NCBI GenBank assembly: GCA_963675595.2
Contig: CAXXLZ010000002.1
Span: forward strand, 2,528,001 to 2,592,000
Length of the DNA: 64,000 nt
DNA from: Thermodesulfobacteriota bacterium
Lineage (GTDB): Bacteria > Desulfobacterota > Desulfarculia > JACQYL01
Direction: 5' to 3'
The position numbers and the translations under genes are program-made. Numbering within the stretch: position 1 is the stretch's first letter; the number at the start of each line of letters is the position of its first letter. Shown piece after piece: positions 1 to 9,761 of this stretch. A model generated the notes under the pieces. It ran no database searches. It saw only the letters and a program-made list of their open reading frames with translations, and was not told the origin of the DNA.

Positions 1-17
1 CCACTCCCGGGTACACG

Positions 18-1538
18 ATGGGAATTAAGAAAAGTCATGCCTTTACCCTCGCCTTGGGAACCGGTTTGACCCTGTTGATGGCGGCCATGTACCTGTTCCC
101 CCCCCACTTTGTAATTTTTTTGGAGAACAAAACCTACGACTCCATGCTCAGGTCACTGCACCATACTCGCACGAGCGGGCACGTGGTCATCGTGGACATT
201 GACGATGCCAGCCTCGCCAAGTACGGACAGTGGCCATGGCCACGCTACAAGGTGGCCTCCCTGTTGGAGAGAATTAAACAGGGGGGCGCCATAAGCGTTG
301 CCTTGGACATGATTTTCGCGGAACCGGACCGGACCTCCCTGAGCAGCATGCGGGAACGGTTCAAGCGCGACCTGGGATTCGACCTGCGAATCGAAGGCGC
401 GCCGGATGAATTCAAGAACAGTGACCATCACCTCGCTCGAACTTTAAGTAGCGGCCCTTTTGTCCTGGCCTTTTATTTTTCACATCAGGACGGCCTGCCA
501 AGCCCAGCCGATTGTCTGCTTCACCCGCTCAACACCTTGATCAAAGAATCCCCAGACGCCGCAACCCCGGCGCGATCGCTCTACACTCCCCGCGGAGTGG
601 TGTGCAGCCTCAAGCCGCTGGTCGAGGCGGTTTCCCGATCGGGGTACATTGACGCTTTGCCCGACCCCGACGGCATATATCGCCGAATACCACTGATGAT
701 GGAGTTTCAAGGTCAAACCTACCCGAGCTTGGCCCTGGCGGCGCTTTTGGAAGCCATGGGAAGCCATCAGGTGCTCATGGAACTTACGGCTGACGGCATT
801 GATTCGCTTAGGGTGGGCGACACCCGGATCCCCCTGGGCCCCTTGGGCACCATGCTCATCCACTACCGGGGCGGCAACCGCACCTTCAAACACGTTTCCG
901 CCGCAGATATACTCGACGGCGGGGCCTCTCCGGAGGTACTAAAAGATAAGATCGTGTTCGTCGGCACCTCGGCGTCGGGCTTGCACGACATCAAAGCGAC
1001 CCCCCTGAACCCGGCGTTCAGCGGTGTGGAAATCAATGCCACCATTGTAGACAACATTCTGGAGAGGGACTTCCTGAGCTCCCCGACGTGGGTCGGGGGC
1101 CTGGAAGTGTTGATGATATTGCTGCTGGGGCTGTTGTCCACCGTACTATTGACCTGGGCGCGGACGACATGGGGTCTGCTGAGCGTCTTGGCCGCGGGGA
1201 CGGCTCTATGGGGAGCAAGCTGTTGGCTCATGGAAAATGAGAGCCTTGTGCTTTCACCGCTGATACCCCTGATGACACTGGGCGTCAATTTGACCTGCCT
1301 AGTCAGTTGCCGCAGCCTATTCGAGGAATTGCGGGGCCGAAAGCGCGCCGCCGATTTGATTCGAACGCAAAGCCTGACCATTATAAAAATCGCCGCCTTG
1401 GCCGAATACCGCGATCCCGAAACCGGCGGGCATATCCTGCGCACCCAGCACTACGTCAAACGTTTGGCCCAGCAGCTTAGCGCCAACCCACGCTTCAAGT
1501 CCCGGTTGTCCGATGAAGTCATCGAAGACATGTTCAAA
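18..1538 (+). pseudogene. CHASE2-domain HD-GYP c-di-GMP phosphodiesterase, 5' part, interrupted by IS1634
   Basis: CHASE2 motifs (VVIVDIDDASL..GQWPWPR, DPDGIYRRIPL, KIVFVG..A.GLHD...TP), three TM helices, then AEYRDPETGGHILR (start of HD-GYP). The reading frame is cut at the TCAAA target site (1534-1538). Confidence 0.92.
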
Positions 1539-3369
1539 CTGATCTTTGACAGTTCAAAAAAACTAATGCAGTAATTTCAGCTGCTTATACGAAAAAGAAA
1601 GGTTTATGGCACTACGTTTTGGTGCTCCTGGAGAGTCTGCAAAGTGGGCGGCGGTTTGAGGCCGACGGCTTGGAAGATGTGGTAGGCGCGGCCCTGGAAT
1701 TCCGTTCTGAGGAGGTAGGACTTCTCCGTGACCTGTAGATGGATGGCTTTGAAGGCTTCGAGGTCCAGGAGAACTTGGTCCCAGGGGATGTCGATTTCTT
1801 TGGTCTTGAGCTGTTTCTGCAGCGCGATCTTCAGGTATAGGGCCAGGAAATTGCAGAAGATGTGACCTTGAACGCGTTGACACCGTTGGTGGAACACGGG
1901 CCTGACTTCCAGGGCCGATTTGAGGTCCCGGAAGGCTCTTTCCACCTGCCACAGGCGTTTGTAGGTGACCGCGACTTCATCGGCGGGAATGTCGGTACTG
2001 GTGAGGAGAACATACTTGCCGTCGAAGCGGGCGTCGTCCTTGACCTTGGCGGGATCGATGCGCACGGTTTCCCGGTCGAGCTTGATGAATTTCCTGAAGC
2101 CCTTGTTTCCCACCAGAGACTGGGGCCCCTGTTTTTTCAGGGTGGTTTTCAGTTTTTCCACAAGGGCCGATCGGGTGGCCTCGTCTTTGGCCGCTTGGTC
2201 TTGGTTGTAACAGAGGACGTAACGGCATCCGTTCAGATGAATCTCCTTGAACCACAAGGTGGGAGTGAGCGCTTGGTAGTAGCCCGGAGTGTCCACCACT
2301 TGGCCTCGGACATCCTGGTAACGGCGCATGGGGATGCCCACGATGTAGTCGATACCGGCACGCTCCAGTTCCACCAGATTGTCGACGCCGACCATGCCGC
2401 GGTCCGAGACCAGGACCACGTTGTTCAGGGAGAACCGACGCTTGACCAGGGCGATGATGCGTTTGATGGTGGTGACGTCCGCCGTGTTCCCTTCCCAGAA
2501 CTGACAGGAAAGGGGATATCCTTTTCGGGACATGACCACACCCACCAACACCTGTTTGCGGTCTGGACGATGGTCCTTGGAGAACCCGTACCGAGCCAAC
2601 TCGGCAGGCCCCCGGCCCTCGAAGTAGACCGAGGTGGTGTCGAAGAAAACGAGATCCACCCCGTAATCGAAGAGGTCGCGCCCCCGACGGAAAAGTTCCT
2701 TCTCGATTTCGGGCTGATATTCGGCCAGGAAATCCATGGATCGATAGAGGTGCTGAAGTTCCAGGTCGTCGAAGCCTTCACCGTGGACGTTCTGAATCCA
2801 ACGGCTCGCGGCGAGATCGGATCCCGGACGGACCAAGCGTTGGCAGACACAGGCAAAGACCGCGCGCTCCAGATCGAAGCGATAATCGGAGCGAGAAGCG
2901 AGAGATCGGAGTACCACATCGAGCCCCAAGGTCTTCCAGAGTTTCTCGATCACCAGAACGGTTCCCCAGGACTTGGCCCAGTCTGCCTTGACACTACCTT
3001 CCTTATAAAGATTGATGACTTGATTCCGGGTGGAGAACTTGGCGAGACTGGTAAGAACCCCGTCCAAGGCACCCGATTCACGGAGCTTGTCGAGACGACC
3101 CAGTGTACATATAACTTTCTGTTTTACCTTCTTATCCTGGCGATAGTTCTCCACGATCTGAAGATATTCATGCTCGGATCCGCCGCTTTTGACCTTTTTG
3201 ACGCGTGCAAACATGAAACAAATTGTACGGAATACAGGTCGGCGGAGTCAAGGAAAAAATCGGACATATTGGCACTACGTTTGGAGCCTCGGAAAAAGGC
3301 CAGCCTAATCATTTCGGTAAGTTAGGCGGGAGAGGCCCACTTTTTCACCCTCCAACTGTCAAAGATGAG
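1539..3369 (-). mobile_element. IS1634-family insertion sequence, 1831 bp
   Basis: TIRs CTGATCTTTGACAGTT (1539-1554) and AACTGTCAAAGATGAG (3354-3369) match 15/16 as inverted repeats. Flanked by 5-bp TSD TCAAA (1534-1538, 3370-3374). Contains a single transposase ORF. Confidence 0.93.
1604..3214 (-). CDS. IS1634-family DDE transposase (536 aa)
   Basis: YLQIVENYR N-terminus, FFDTTSVYFEG, GFSKDHRPD, VSDRGM, YKRLWQVERAFRDLKS..RPVFH motifs. Confidence 0.93.
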   Translation of the reverse strand: MFARVKKVKSGGSEHEYLQIVENYRQDKKVKQKVICTLGRLDKLRESGALDGVLTSLAKFSTRNQVINLYKEGSVKADWAKSWGTVLVIEKLWKTLGLDVVLRSLASRSDYRFDLERAVFACVCQRLVRPGSDLAASRWIQNVHGEGFDDLELQHLYRSMDFLAEYQPEIEKELFRRGRDLFDYGVDLVFFDTTSVYFEGRGPAELARYGFSKDHRPDRKQVLVGVVMSRKGYPLSCQFWEGNTADVTTIKRIIALVKRRFSLNNVVLVSDRGMVGVDNLVELERAGIDYIVGIPMRRYQDVRGQVVDTPGYYQALTPTLWFKEIHLNGCRYVLCYNQDQAAKDEATRSALVEKLKTTLKKQGPQSLVGNKGFRKFIKLDRETVRIDPAKVKDDARFDGKYVLLTSTDIPADEVAVTYKRLWQVERAFRDLKSALEVRPVFHQRCQRVQGHIFCNFLALYLKIALQKQLKTKEIDIPWDQVLLDLEAFKAIHLQVTEKSYLLRTEFQGRAYHIFQAVGLKPPPTLQTLQEHQNVVP

Positions 3370-3374
3370 TCAAA

Positions 3375-3836
3375 ATGGCTCCCTTGCACGACATCGGCAA
3401 GGTTGGAATCCCCGATGCCATTCTGCTCAAACCCGACCGATTGACCGATGATGAATATGAGATAATGAAGGAGCACACCAAACTTGGGGCGGAAATCCTC
3501 GCGGTGGACGGTCAAGGGTCCAATGTCGGCGGCTTTCTAAAAATCGCCGAAGAAATTGCCTTATGTCACCATGAGAAGTGGGACGGGACCGGCTACCCCA
3601 GAGGTTTGAAAGGCGAGGACATCCCTTTGCCCGGGTGCATCATGGCTTTGGCCGACGTTTATGATGCTTTGATCAGCAAACGTTATTACAAACCACCTTT
3701 CAGCCATGAAAAGGCAATGGGAATCATCAAAGACGGCAAGGGGACCCACTTCCACCCCGACGTGGTGGATGCGTTTTTAGAGATAAACGAAGAATTCAGA
3801 GCAATATCCCTTAATTTTACCGATACCGAAGAATAA
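3375..3836 (+). pseudogene. HD-GYP domain, 3' part of the IS-interrupted gene
   Basis: APLHDIGKVGIPD..L.KP, HHEKWDGTGYP, ADVYDAL. Removing the IS plus one TSD gives the in-frame join ATG TTC AAA ATG GCT (MFKMA) and a 660-aa protein. Confidence 0.92.
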
Positions 3837-4613
3837 TATGTCGAAACCTGTCTATTTCTGGGATCCGTTCACAGTCTCTGGAACGAGAAAGCCTTGCGGC
3901 AAAGTGACCACGCAAGCCGGCGATATTCAGCAACAATAGTCGAGTCCTTCACGCTCGTTACGCTGCAGGATTGCCCAACGTCCGTACCTATTTTCTTTAT
4001 CCCGATGTTTAAAAGGTCCTTCTCTCGCCGTCGGCCCGACTTCAACCCGACATGACCCCAAAAAAGGTTTCCGATACGAACCGAAGCCGAGGGCAATCTG
4101 GACGGTCCCTTCAGCCACGCTGTTTGAGGGAACGGTAATCGATGGTCTTGCAAATCTTGTTGCCGATTCTTTTTTCCGGCATCTCCTGTATTTCGGCTTC
4201 GGTGGCAATTTGACCGATGGTATTCGCCTGTTGGAACAACTTCAAAAAGGCGGGCTCTCCCACCAGACTTAACAAGCAGCATCGGCGCCCGCCCCTTTTT
4301 TGGTCCCAAACGACCGTACCTGAAAATGAAATCATGTGTCGCCCGCTCCCCAAGACCGGTATGCAGCGCGGTGCCGTCGGTGGGCCCGAGGGTCCGCAAG
4401 GGCACTCCGGATCATCGACCTATTCTGACGTTGCTCGGGCCCCGATGTGGATCTGATCTTTGCCTGAATCTCTTGTCGAATAAGAGCTGAAACGCTCGCC
4501 GTGAACTGTCACACACACACCCGGCATAGTCTCCCAAATAGTACACCGGATTGCTCTTCAGCGTTCAAATCGGCATTCAGCCCCTGCCGGAATCCCGTTC
4601 CCACCGGGACGGC

Positions 4614-5993
4614 TTATCCCGCCGGAATGCCGAACAGGGTGACGGCAAGGCAGACCAGGGCAAGAAAGCCGTATGCCGGCGTCCTGCTTTTTGGGGAATC
4701 AACGGAAGGAACGCGTTTCACAACCAACACGGCGACGACGCACTGTAAGGCATAGTAAAGGGCGAAGGCCCTGGAGGCGTAGCTGATGATCTCATACACA
4801 TTCGTGACCCACGTGATTGCGATGGCGGCCGCGGAAACGATCATATAATTGAATCCGGAGTGAATCCTGCTTCTGAAGATCGATTCCAGCAGGCCGGAAC
4901 ACCCGGCGTCATCGGCCGTGGCCGCCGAGAACTGGCTTCCGAGAGCGGTGAGTGTGATCAAGAGCGGCAAGATGGGTGCAACGGCTCCGGAAAGGCCGAC
5001 GATGGCTGTGATGCCCGTGTCCCCTCCCGCACCGGTCTTGTTCATGACCACCGTCATAAGCGCGACAAACACGATGTAGATCGCCGATGAAATGAGTTGC
5101 GCCCATCGCATGGTCCGGATGCGCTCCTCCCTCGGATGCTCGGACCCCAGAAAACGGGAGGTCTCGAAACCCTGCACCACGATGAGCATACCCATGAGAA
5201 GGCGGATGATATGGGACTTGTCCGACGGAAGCGCGACGGTGTGGAGTTGCCAAGCGCCGTCGCTCAGGGAAACAATGTTGTGATAGATGAGCCCGGCCAA
5301 CAGCGAAGCGATCATGCCTAAATTGATGCCGACCACCGTGCGTTCCACACGTTCGATCCCTTTCAAGCCGCGGATCGCGCCTGTGGCGCCGATTCCCACG
5401 AGTATCAGGGTGACGATGGCTTTGCCGAACCAAGGCTTGTCGGGTGAGACGTTGTGCAGAGCGAAGCTCGCGAGCAGTTGCAGGTAGTAGGACACGGAAA
5501 CGCAGTAGGCTCCCGCAAGTGCGAAGTGAGACGTCTTTTCCAGAAACCTCGCCGCCTCCCCGATTTCAACCCGGTGCGCCATGTTGTGGTGAGCGATGTG
5601 CAGCCTGTGCTCATCCCGCTTCAACTTTCCCGGGGCACCCTTCGTTTCCAGTATCTGTTCACCATAACGAATATTGAACCGGATCACCGAGCCCACGGCA
5701 TAGGCGAGGCAGAGCAAACCCGCCATGGCGAACACGGCATAGTTGCCCACGTTGGTGAAAAGCAACGGCGCGCAGACCAGAAAGCCGCTGCCCATGATGG
5801 AAGCCAGGGGAGTAATGGTGGCTCGCCACGCCGTGGAAGCAACCAGGGGACGAAAAGACAGGAGCATGCCGCCGACCCCTACGGCGGTCACGACGACGAT
5901 GATACTCGAAATCGGGATAGGCCACAAAACGATGCATTCCTCCGAGGGTGTTTCAGGATCGCTGCAAGGCGACGCGAAATCAACGGATTTCAT
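4614..5993 (-). CDS. APC-superfamily amino acid permease-like membrane protein (start uncertain)
   Basis: About 11-12 hydrophobic segments; TPLASIMGSGFL (TM1 break) and VQGFETSR (TM6 GxE) motifs. Confidence 0.75.
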   Translation of the reverse strand: MKSVDFASPCSDPETPSEECIVLWPIPISSIIVVVTAVGVGGMLLSFRPLVASTAWRATITPLASIMGSGFLVCAPLLFTNVGNYAVFAMAGLLCLAYAVGSVIRFNIRYGEQILETKGAPGKLKRDEHRLHIAHHNMAHRVEIGEAARFLEKTSHFALAGAYCVSVSYYLQLLASFALHNVSPDKPWFGKAIVTLILVGIGATGAIRGLKGIERVERTVVGINLGMIASLLAGLIYHNIVSLSDGAWQLHTVALPSDKSHIIRLLMGMLIVVQGFETSRFLGSEHPREERIRTMRWAQLISSAIYIVFVALMTVVMNKTGAGGDTGITAIVGLSGAVAPILPLLITLTALGSQFSAATADDAGCSGLLESIFRSRIHSGFNYMIVSAAAIAITWVTNVYEIISYASRAFALYYALQCVVAVLVVKRVPSVDSPKSRTPAYGFLALVCLAVTLFGIPAG

Positions 5994-6100
5994 CGCCGGA
6001 ACTGCCGATTTCGGATGGCCCGGCGGTGGACGAATGCCTCTCGATCAAGAGCGGCGGGAACCGCATCGGCGGCCGGGGATACCCAAGGGAGCCAAAGAAA

Positions 6101-6137
6101 AACCCGTTGAAATGTTGCCGGCAAATTTCAACGGGTT
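6101..6137 (-). terminator. Hairpin terminator downstream of the duplicated tRNA 3' end
   Basis: AACCCGTTGAAAT...ATTTCAACGGGTT inverted repeat; the adjacent A-run gives a U-tract on the minus strand. Confidence 0.6.
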
Positions 6138-6144
6138 CTGGAAA

Positions 6145-6168
6145 TGCTTTTTGGTGGCGATGCAGGGA
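6145..6168 (-). repeat. att-like direct repeat: duplicated 3' end of tRNA-Met
   Basis: TGCTTTTTGGTGGCGATGCAGGGA is identical (24/24) to 11761-11784. Confidence 0.92.
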
Positions 6169-6203
6169 GTCAACCGGAAACGCGTAACCTATTGAACTTA
6201 TTA

Positions 6204-6233
6204 GTTTGGCCGCACTGAAAAGTGCGGCCAAAC
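6204..6233. other. Perfect 13-bp stem-loop just inside the att copy
   Basis: GTTTGGCCGCACT-GAAA-AGTGCGGCCAAAC. Confidence 0.65.
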
Positions 6234-6506
6234 CGTCATTCTCTGCACCCTATATACACCCCTCCGCCGCAACTTGCCAACCGCCTTGAGCGATGATGTT
6301 TTCTGGTGAGCATTCAGAGGGGTATCCGAGGGAGTCATTGGTCCCCCCGCAGTACGCCGTGCGAACAAGTACCTCTGTTCACCATCCGCCCGGGCTGAAG
6401 AAAACCAAAAAACATAAGGACCCGACCTCAAGAACTTCCCAATGTCTTGCGAAGACATCGCCTAAATCAATGACACCGAGCATAATATATTCGATGAACC
6501 GGAACC

Positions 6507-8582
6507 TCATGGTTCATTGGGCCATAGAGGACCTTCTTCCTGAGCCTGTTTCATAAGATCCAGAAACTGTGAAGGCTTCACCACCATTATCTTGGACTTA
6601 TCAAGCGCCTCATAAAACGCATTAAAAAGCCCCATAAGGTTATTATTATCAAAATCAGTGCCGCTTAGGTTTCTCACCCCATAAACAGCATAGAAATGAT
6701 GATTGAGATCATACGTATCCGTCAATAATTGACTAGCCAAAAACTGAAGCGTTTTTTCAAGGTCTGAGTAATTCTTCAATGTCGGATTGATAGTAATCAA
6801 AAATTGAGAAGCAGGCTTATCGTATATAAACTTACCAAAAATAGGTGGTATATTTTCATTGCTGCTGGGATGGTAAAAGATACCGTCAAGTTTGTCAATA
6901 ATATTGCCCAAATAGGTATAATTCGACCAGTCGTCCCGTTGAACATCATTACCAAATATCAATGCGGACTTGATTCCCGTACTCACAATAACGTCTGTCA
7001 TCGCATCGAGTTGATAAGCAAACTTCCAAGAGTTTTTATCGATTTCTCCCAGCGTATAACCGATGGTGGACGGTCCCAGCAAAAATTCATCGTTTTCCGT
7101 TGCATTAAGAATGTAGAAATTCCAGACATCCGGTTCCAGATAGTACATTGCCGGCGACATGGTCCATCCGACAGGAAATTTGCCCCTATAAGGACTTCCA
7201 TACCAGACCTTGCTATTCATGTTATTGGTCATAAGTTGAAGGTTATCTCCGTCTGACATAATGAACGTCATATAGGCTTTGGTTTTATCGTAAACAATAG
7301 ACGGATCGGTGTTTTTTGGTACTGGCAACGGTTTGCTGTTTGAGGAACTTAAAAGAGACAGATTCACGGACTGATCGGATGCAACAACAAAATTACCAGT
7401 TAAAGAGGCATGATACACGTAGTCATGCTCAGGCCAATACGAAGGCTTTACACCCCAACCATAAATAGGCAAGGAATAATCACCATTCAATATTGGCGTA
7501 AATCCAAAATAGTATGGAGCTTCATAAAATATCATTCCATTTAGCATGGTTGCATAGTCTCTTGGGCCACCGGCAAGAGTAGGAGTCAAGTTAACAATAA
7601 AGGTTTTGTTCAATTCACTATCATATTTGGTAATAAAATCATCGTACGAAGATATTGATAACACATCGCCTATCTCATTTAGGCCAAGCTCCTCTGCAAT
7701 AGTTATATCATTCTTCGGTAGAGGAATCGCTTTCTTTATTCCACAAAGGGTCACCGACATATTCAAGGTGATATCGAAGTCGTCATAAACAATATATCCT
7801 GATATATAATTCTCGAAATCCTTGACGATATCTTCAACCTGAGTCTTAGGATTAGACACAATTGAAAGAGGGGGGTCCTTCACTTCTGTTAAATAATTCT
7901 TTATTAATAAACTGGAAGTTCTTAACTCGTCGGTATTCTCCTCATCAGGAGGGTAATAATCATTAACTTGTGTTTTATAAAGATAAATTTGTGTACTGCT
8001 TTCTTTCGCTACGATTCCCTGGAGCGTCGTAAGAAGTACAAGGTCGGTATCGCTCATATTCTGAATATTCACAGGATACAACGTATCGACCGTAACAGGG
8101 CCGTTGATGAACGGGTCAAATCCCGCCGTCGGACCCTCTTGCACCGAAACCTGAACGAAATCCGATCCCAAATATGGCCATTCAAGGGTGCCGTCAGGCT
8201 TCTCTAAGGAAAAATAGAAGGTGTAGTCCCCTACCGGCAATGTCCCATCAAAGACCTGATAGTCTACGAGCTTGAACAATGGCGTCCTGGCACTCGGTTT
8301 GATTCCCCGCTCCCATCCATCCGGGTATACATAACTGAACCAGTCTCTCAAGGGTGAAAAGACAGCGTCGGCCGCAATCCACCAATCAGCATCTTGGTCC
8401 ACTTCTTCTCCGGGGTATACACTGACCGTGACGGAAACAGGAGTATCGGAAGATACAACAGCAGCGTCTTTGTCATTTGCCCTAATATCAACGAAAGGAC
8501 GTTCAACAGCGCATACCCGGAGCGAGGGATAAACTTGAAAGCAAAGCAGAAAACAGCAAACGGCAACCAAATATCTTTTCAT
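6507..8582 (-). CDS. Secreted GxGYxYP-family putative glycoside hydrolase (691 aa)
   Basis: N-terminal signal peptide; LTTLQGIVAK...IY, FIMSDGDNLQ, RGKFPVGWTMSP and GPSTIGY motifs typical of the family. Markedly AT-rich. Confidence 0.72.
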   Translation of the reverse strand: MKRYLVAVCCFLLCFQVYPSLRVCAVERPFVDIRANDKDAAVVSSDTPVSVTVSVYPGEEVDQDADWWIAADAVFSPLRDWFSYVYPDGWERGIKPSARTPLFKLVDYQVFDGTLPVGDYTFYFSLEKPDGTLEWPYLGSDFVQVSVQEGPTAGFDPFINGPVTVDTLYPVNIQNMSDTDLVLLTTLQGIVAKESSTQIYLYKTQVNDYYPPDEENTDELRTSSLLIKNYLTEVKDPPLSIVSNPKTQVEDIVKDFENYISGYIVYDDFDITLNMSVTLCGIKKAIPLPKNDITIAEELGLNEIGDVLSISSYDDFITKYDSELNKTFIVNLTPTLAGGPRDYATMLNGMIFYEAPYYFGFTPILNGDYSLPIYGWGVKPSYWPEHDYVYHASLTGNFVVASDQSVNLSLLSSSNSKPLPVPKNTDPSIVYDKTKAYMTFIMSDGDNLQLMTNNMNSKVWYGSPYRGKFPVGWTMSPAMYYLEPDVWNFYILNATENDEFLLGPSTIGYTLGEIDKNSWKFAYQLDAMTDVIVSTGIKSALIFGNDVQRDDWSNYTYLGNIIDKLDGIFYHPSSNENIPPIFGKFIYDKPASQFLITINPTLKNYSDLEKTLQFLASQLLTDTYDLNHHFYAVYGVRNLSGTDFDNNNLMGLFNAFYEALDKSKIMVVKPSQFLDLMKQAQEEGPLWPNEP

Positions 8583-8887
8583 CTCTTACCAACCTCCCTA
8601 AGATCATTTGAATTGAATGCCGACACGGGCAGGCTTCTGCAATGGCTTCATTTCAGAATACCCCTATTCCAATGACTCATAGATGTAACAAAAGTATGAC
8701 ATGTGAGTCAATGAAATTGAGCCTCAAGCTCAATAGTGGATTTTGCTTAAATACCGAAAAGCGAATGATCCCGGACGATTAACTTTATCGAACCTAAACA
8801 TAGATATTCGTGATGTGAACTTTACCCAACTCACGGCTTACCCTCTGCTCTCCAGCGTATCAGGAACACTACGAGCTCTAATAAATT

Positions 8888-9613
8888 GTGGTCAAGCTGG
8901 ATCAATACGGCTACGTTAGGACGGCACATCGGTCGTACGGCAAGGGGATCAGGGAGATCGCTCGAGAGACGGGGCACTCCGGGAACACGATTAAGAGAGC
9001 ATTGCGGGAGGAATACGGCGGTTACGGCGAGAGGGGACATCAGCCTTATCCTTCTTTGGGGCCGTTTCTCAAAACGATTGACGCTTGGCCGACGGAAGAC
9101 CGGGAGCGGCCTCGGAAGCAATGACATACGGCGAGACGAATTTACCGCCGGCTTAAGAAAGAAGATGGGTTCGAGGGCGGGGAGAGCACGGTAAGGCGTT
9201 ACGTGCGTGAAGCGCGAAGGCGGCTGGGCGTTGGTGAACCCCGGGTCTTTATTCCCCTTGAGCCCGATCTCGGTATGGAGGCCGAGGTGGATTGGGGCGG
9301 CTGCCACGCCGTCGTGGCCGGGGGGTGCGTGAAGCTCAAGCTGTTTTGCATGCGTTCCAAGGGCGGCGGCAAACCGTTTGTACGCTGTTTTCCGTGCGAA
9401 CGGCAACAGGCGCTGTTTGAAGGACACATGGAAGCCTTCGCCTTCCACGGAGGAGTCTTCCGACGGTTGATCTACGACAACCTGACCACCGCGGTGGAGA
9501 AGGTGTTCAAAGGCAAGAAACGCAAGATTCAGGAAAGCTTCGAGCGATTTCGGGCGTACTACGGCTTTGTGCCCCGATTCTGCAATCGCAGCCGGGCGCA
9601 TGAGAAGGGATAA
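8888..9613 (+). pseudogene. istA: IS21-family transposase IstA remnant
   Basis: GIREIARETGHS.NT HTH. KQ*HTARRIY contains an in-frame TGA at 9122-9124. EAEVDWG and FGG-like HGGVF..LIYDNL motifs. Truncated at AHEKG*; no istB. Confidence 0.88.
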
Positions 9614-9761
9614 GCATGCTCTCGTGGGAGAAGCGTACGGAGTCATGAAGGGGCAAGCCAACTAGACTGAAACGTCAACTTGCGCCCTCGTTCCAACCGG
9701 CCAACACCTTCAAGCGAACCGGTGGTCGGAAAAACACCCCAAAATCCAAAAGGGAGCACTC

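Noticed and set aside
3270-3284. TGGCAC as a sigma-54 promoter in the IS end (also CGGCACG at about 51307)
   Set aside because: The required -12 GC is not at the correct spacing in either case.
1862-3325. 487-aa plus-strand ORF, and other long antisense ORFs (19278-20876, 21208-22719, 36704-38278, 48674-49987)
   Set aside because: These are shadow ORFs opposite well-supported genes, expected in GC-rich DNA, and show no recognisable motifs.
3869-4600. Several overlapping short ORFs after the HD-GYP fragment
   Set aside because: No recognisable domain or RBS. It may be decayed coding DNA, but I cannot support a call.
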